Source: an uncultured bacterium
GTDB taxonomy: Bacteria > Muiribacteriota > UBA6191 > CAZXTJ01 > CAYOHP01
Direction: 5' to 3'
Assembly: GCA_964403795.1 (NCBI GenBank)
Contig: CAYOHP010000001.1
Coordinates: 85,420-149,419, forward strand
DNA length: 64,000 bases
In this document: piece by piece, positions 62,300 to 64,000 of the stretch
Layout: each line of letters begins with the position of its first letter
How positions within the stretch are numbered: position 1 is the first letter of the stretch
The notes under the pieces: model-generated
Database searches by the model: none
Told to the model about the DNA's origin: nothing
The model's input: only the letters and a program-made list of their open reading frames with translations
Made by a program: the position numbers and the translations under genes

Positions 62300-63184
62300 A
62301 TGCGTGAAAGCCGACCGGCCAGGACGGCCCTGATCCTCTGCCTCCTCGCACCTTCCCTCTTCGCCGCCGGATACGAGGATCGGGATACCGGCTACAAGGT
62401 CTCGGTCCCCGAGAACTGGAAGCTCAAGTTCGAGGAGAAGGAGAAGACCCTCTGGATCGCGGCTCCCGGCGGCTTCCGGGTCCGGGTCGACGCCTCGCTG
62501 GGTCGGGACGGCCTCGGCAAGTCCCAGGTCTTCCAGGCCTACCGGGACGACGGCATGCGCCTCAAGGAGGCGGAGGGCTTCCTGGTACAGGAGAAGCCCC
62601 GCAAGGACCGGATCCTCGGGAAACTCCCCACCTATACCTGGACCTTCGGGTACCGCAGCGGTCCCGCCGAGGCCCACATCGCTCGCGGGTTCCTGGCCGC
62701 GGGCCCCGCCCGGGAGTCCGGTCGCGAGCTCCTCCTGAAGGTCCTCGCCTACGGACCTACCAAGGCCTTCGAAGCGCTCGAGAAGCCGCTGGCCGCCTTC
62801 CTCCAGTCGTTCACCTGGCCGAGGACCTCGAACCAGGACGCTTCGGGGCCCGGATCCAAGGATCCCACCTCCGGCACCGGGGTCTCCCCGGGCGGGGCCA
62901 CCCGACCCGGTACCCAGGTCGCGGATTCCGGCGACGACGGCGACGACGGGAGACCGGCCTCCTCCACCGAACTCGCCCGCCGTCCCCGGGAGGGCGAATT
63001 CAACCGGGGATCCTTCTCCGGCGGCACCGGCTTCATGAAGTTCCTCAAGCGCAACGACAACCCCGAGCAGGCCCGCCAGCTCGACGCCGCCCTGGGTGTC
63101 ACCGCTCGACCGAGGGGCGAAGAGGAACAGAACCAGGCGGCTGCCCGCCTCGGGTTCGACACTCCCACCGCTCCCACCAAGTAG
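62300..63184 (+). CDS. secreted hypothetical protein
   Basis: Signal peptide MRESRPARTALILCLLAPSLFAAG. Confidence 0.45.
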   Translation: MRESRPARTALILCLLAPSLFAAGYEDRDTGYKVSVPENWKLKFEEKEKTLWIAAPGGFRVRVDASLGRDGLGKSQVFQAYRDDGMRLKEAEGFLVQEKPRKDRILGKLPTYTWTFGYRSGPAEAHIARGFLAAGPARESGRELLLKVLAYGPTKAFEALEKPLAAFLQSFTWPRTSNQDASGPGSKDPTSGTGVSPGGATRPGTQVADSGDDGDDGRPASSTELARRPREGEFNRGSFSGGTGFMKFLKRNDNPEQARQLDAALGVTARPRGEEEQNQAAARLGFDTPTAPTK

Positions 63185-63242
63185 CCAGGCGGCAGGCAAC
63201 CGGCCGGCTGCCCCGGAGGTATCGGGACCCGGGGCAGAGCGA

Positions 63243-64000
63243 TCAGGGGTTCTCGAGGGCCGTCCGGGCGGACTCCGTCATCGGGACCAGGGAGAAGCCG
63301 GTCCGTCCCTTGGCCCCGTCCTGGGATGTCGGCTGGAACGCGAACACCGCCCCGAACTCGGCTCCCCCCACGTCGCTCATGTGCTGGGCGTGTTCCGAAT
63401 CGAAGGTGCCGTCGAGCTCGAAGTCCCATGCCCAGCGCAGCTCGGACTGGGCCTCGAGGGTCCGATTGGTGCCCGCGGTGAGCCACCGGAGTCCGCTGTC
63501 GTTCACGAAGCCCGCCGGGAACTGCTCAGGGAGCGGGAGGGGCGGCGTCCACCCGAAGTTCGCCTTGGGCGTGGGCGGGTTGTCCCGCGCCAGGGCCTGG
63601 GTGTCATAGGGCGCCGCGCCCCGCTTCTGGACCGAGCCCGCCATCGAGTAGGTCATCGACTCCGGGTCGATGCACGCGAGGAAATTGTAGAGGAGCGCGG
63701 ACGTCGGATCGATCCCCACGGCATCCGAGCCGTTGGCATTGGTGATCTCGCCCCCGCTCCCGGAGCGCATCGAGACGACGTGGGCACGGCCGAAGTTGAA
63801 GTTCGGGGGGGGCCAATCGACGGTCACCCCGGGACGCGCCTCCTTGGGGAAGAGGATGTCGATGCTCTTCCACTGGGCCTTCCTCTCCGCGACCTCGAGC
63901 CGGTGGGGATCCACGACGTCCATGAACAGGTAGACGAACTGCTTGGCGAAGCTCTGCAGCACGTCGGGGGTCTTGTGGATGGCCTGGTCGCTGGGGATCT
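63243..64000 (-). CDS. hypothetical protein, C-terminal part (gene probably continues beyond the window end)
   Basis: Coding-like composition (W/F/N-containing, not R/G-rich) from 63962 down to the stop at 63243. Confidence 0.35.
   Translation of the reverse strand, partial: IPSDQAIHKTPDVLQSFAKQFVYLFMDVVDPHRLEVAERKAQWKSIDILFPKEARPGVTVDWPPPNFNFGRAHVVSMRSGSGGEITNANGSDAVGIDPTSALLYNFLACIDPESMTYSMAGSVQKRGAAPYDTQALARDNPPTPKANFGWTPPLPLPEQFPAGFVNDSGLRWLTAGTNRTLEAQSELRWAWDFELDGTFDSEHAQHMSDVGGAEFGAVFAFQPTSQDGAKGRTGFSLVPMTESARTALENP

Overview
This 64 kb window looks like a chromosomal segment from a high-GC (roughly 70 %, judged by eye) Gram-negative bacterium, possibly myxobacteria-like or Gemmatimonadota-like. 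The clues are strong GC3 codon bias, many eukaryotic-like Ser/Thr kinases, a sigma-54 enhancer-binding protein, and prepilin-type pseudopilins. I support about 47 protein-coding genes and find no rRNA, tRNA, CRISPR array, transposase or integrase. Main contents, in order: (1) a pseudopilin cluster (GspK-like, two prepilin-type proteins, a lipoprotein) at 875-4320. (2) Two tandem paralogous giant secreted IPT/TIG-repeat proteins at 4349-9035. (3) An operon of a Ser/Thr kinase with a cNMP-binding protein fused to a P-loop-degenerate ParA/CpaE-like domain at 9208-12747. (4) A RelA/SpoT-domain (RSD) nucleotidyltransferase with a C-terminal extension at 12792-13877. (5) DegP/HtrA, two tandem Hsp20 genes, a hemerythrin-like gene and a sigma-54 activator; consensus -24/-12 promoters sit in front of the Hsp20 operon, the hemerythrin-like gene and a 1,294-aa secreted protein gene (a local sigma-54 regulon). 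(6) A TolC-like/MFP/RND/TetR efflux operon plus an orphan FtsX-type permease. (7) A histone-H1-like basic protein, a parS site and parAB. (8) A ~1,176-codon secreted toxin-like gene interrupted by one in-frame amber codon. (9) A secreted-hydrolase neighbourhood: lipase-like, Tat substrate, GH1 beta-glucosidase and an AlkP-family phosphodiesterase. (10) A membrane pseudokinase with a PHD/RING-like zinc-finger partner, divergent from an HTTM-domain protein, then DUF885, a HEAT-repeat protein and another Ser/Thr kinase. Many long antisense ORFs in the six-frame track are GC-artefacts and were rejected.
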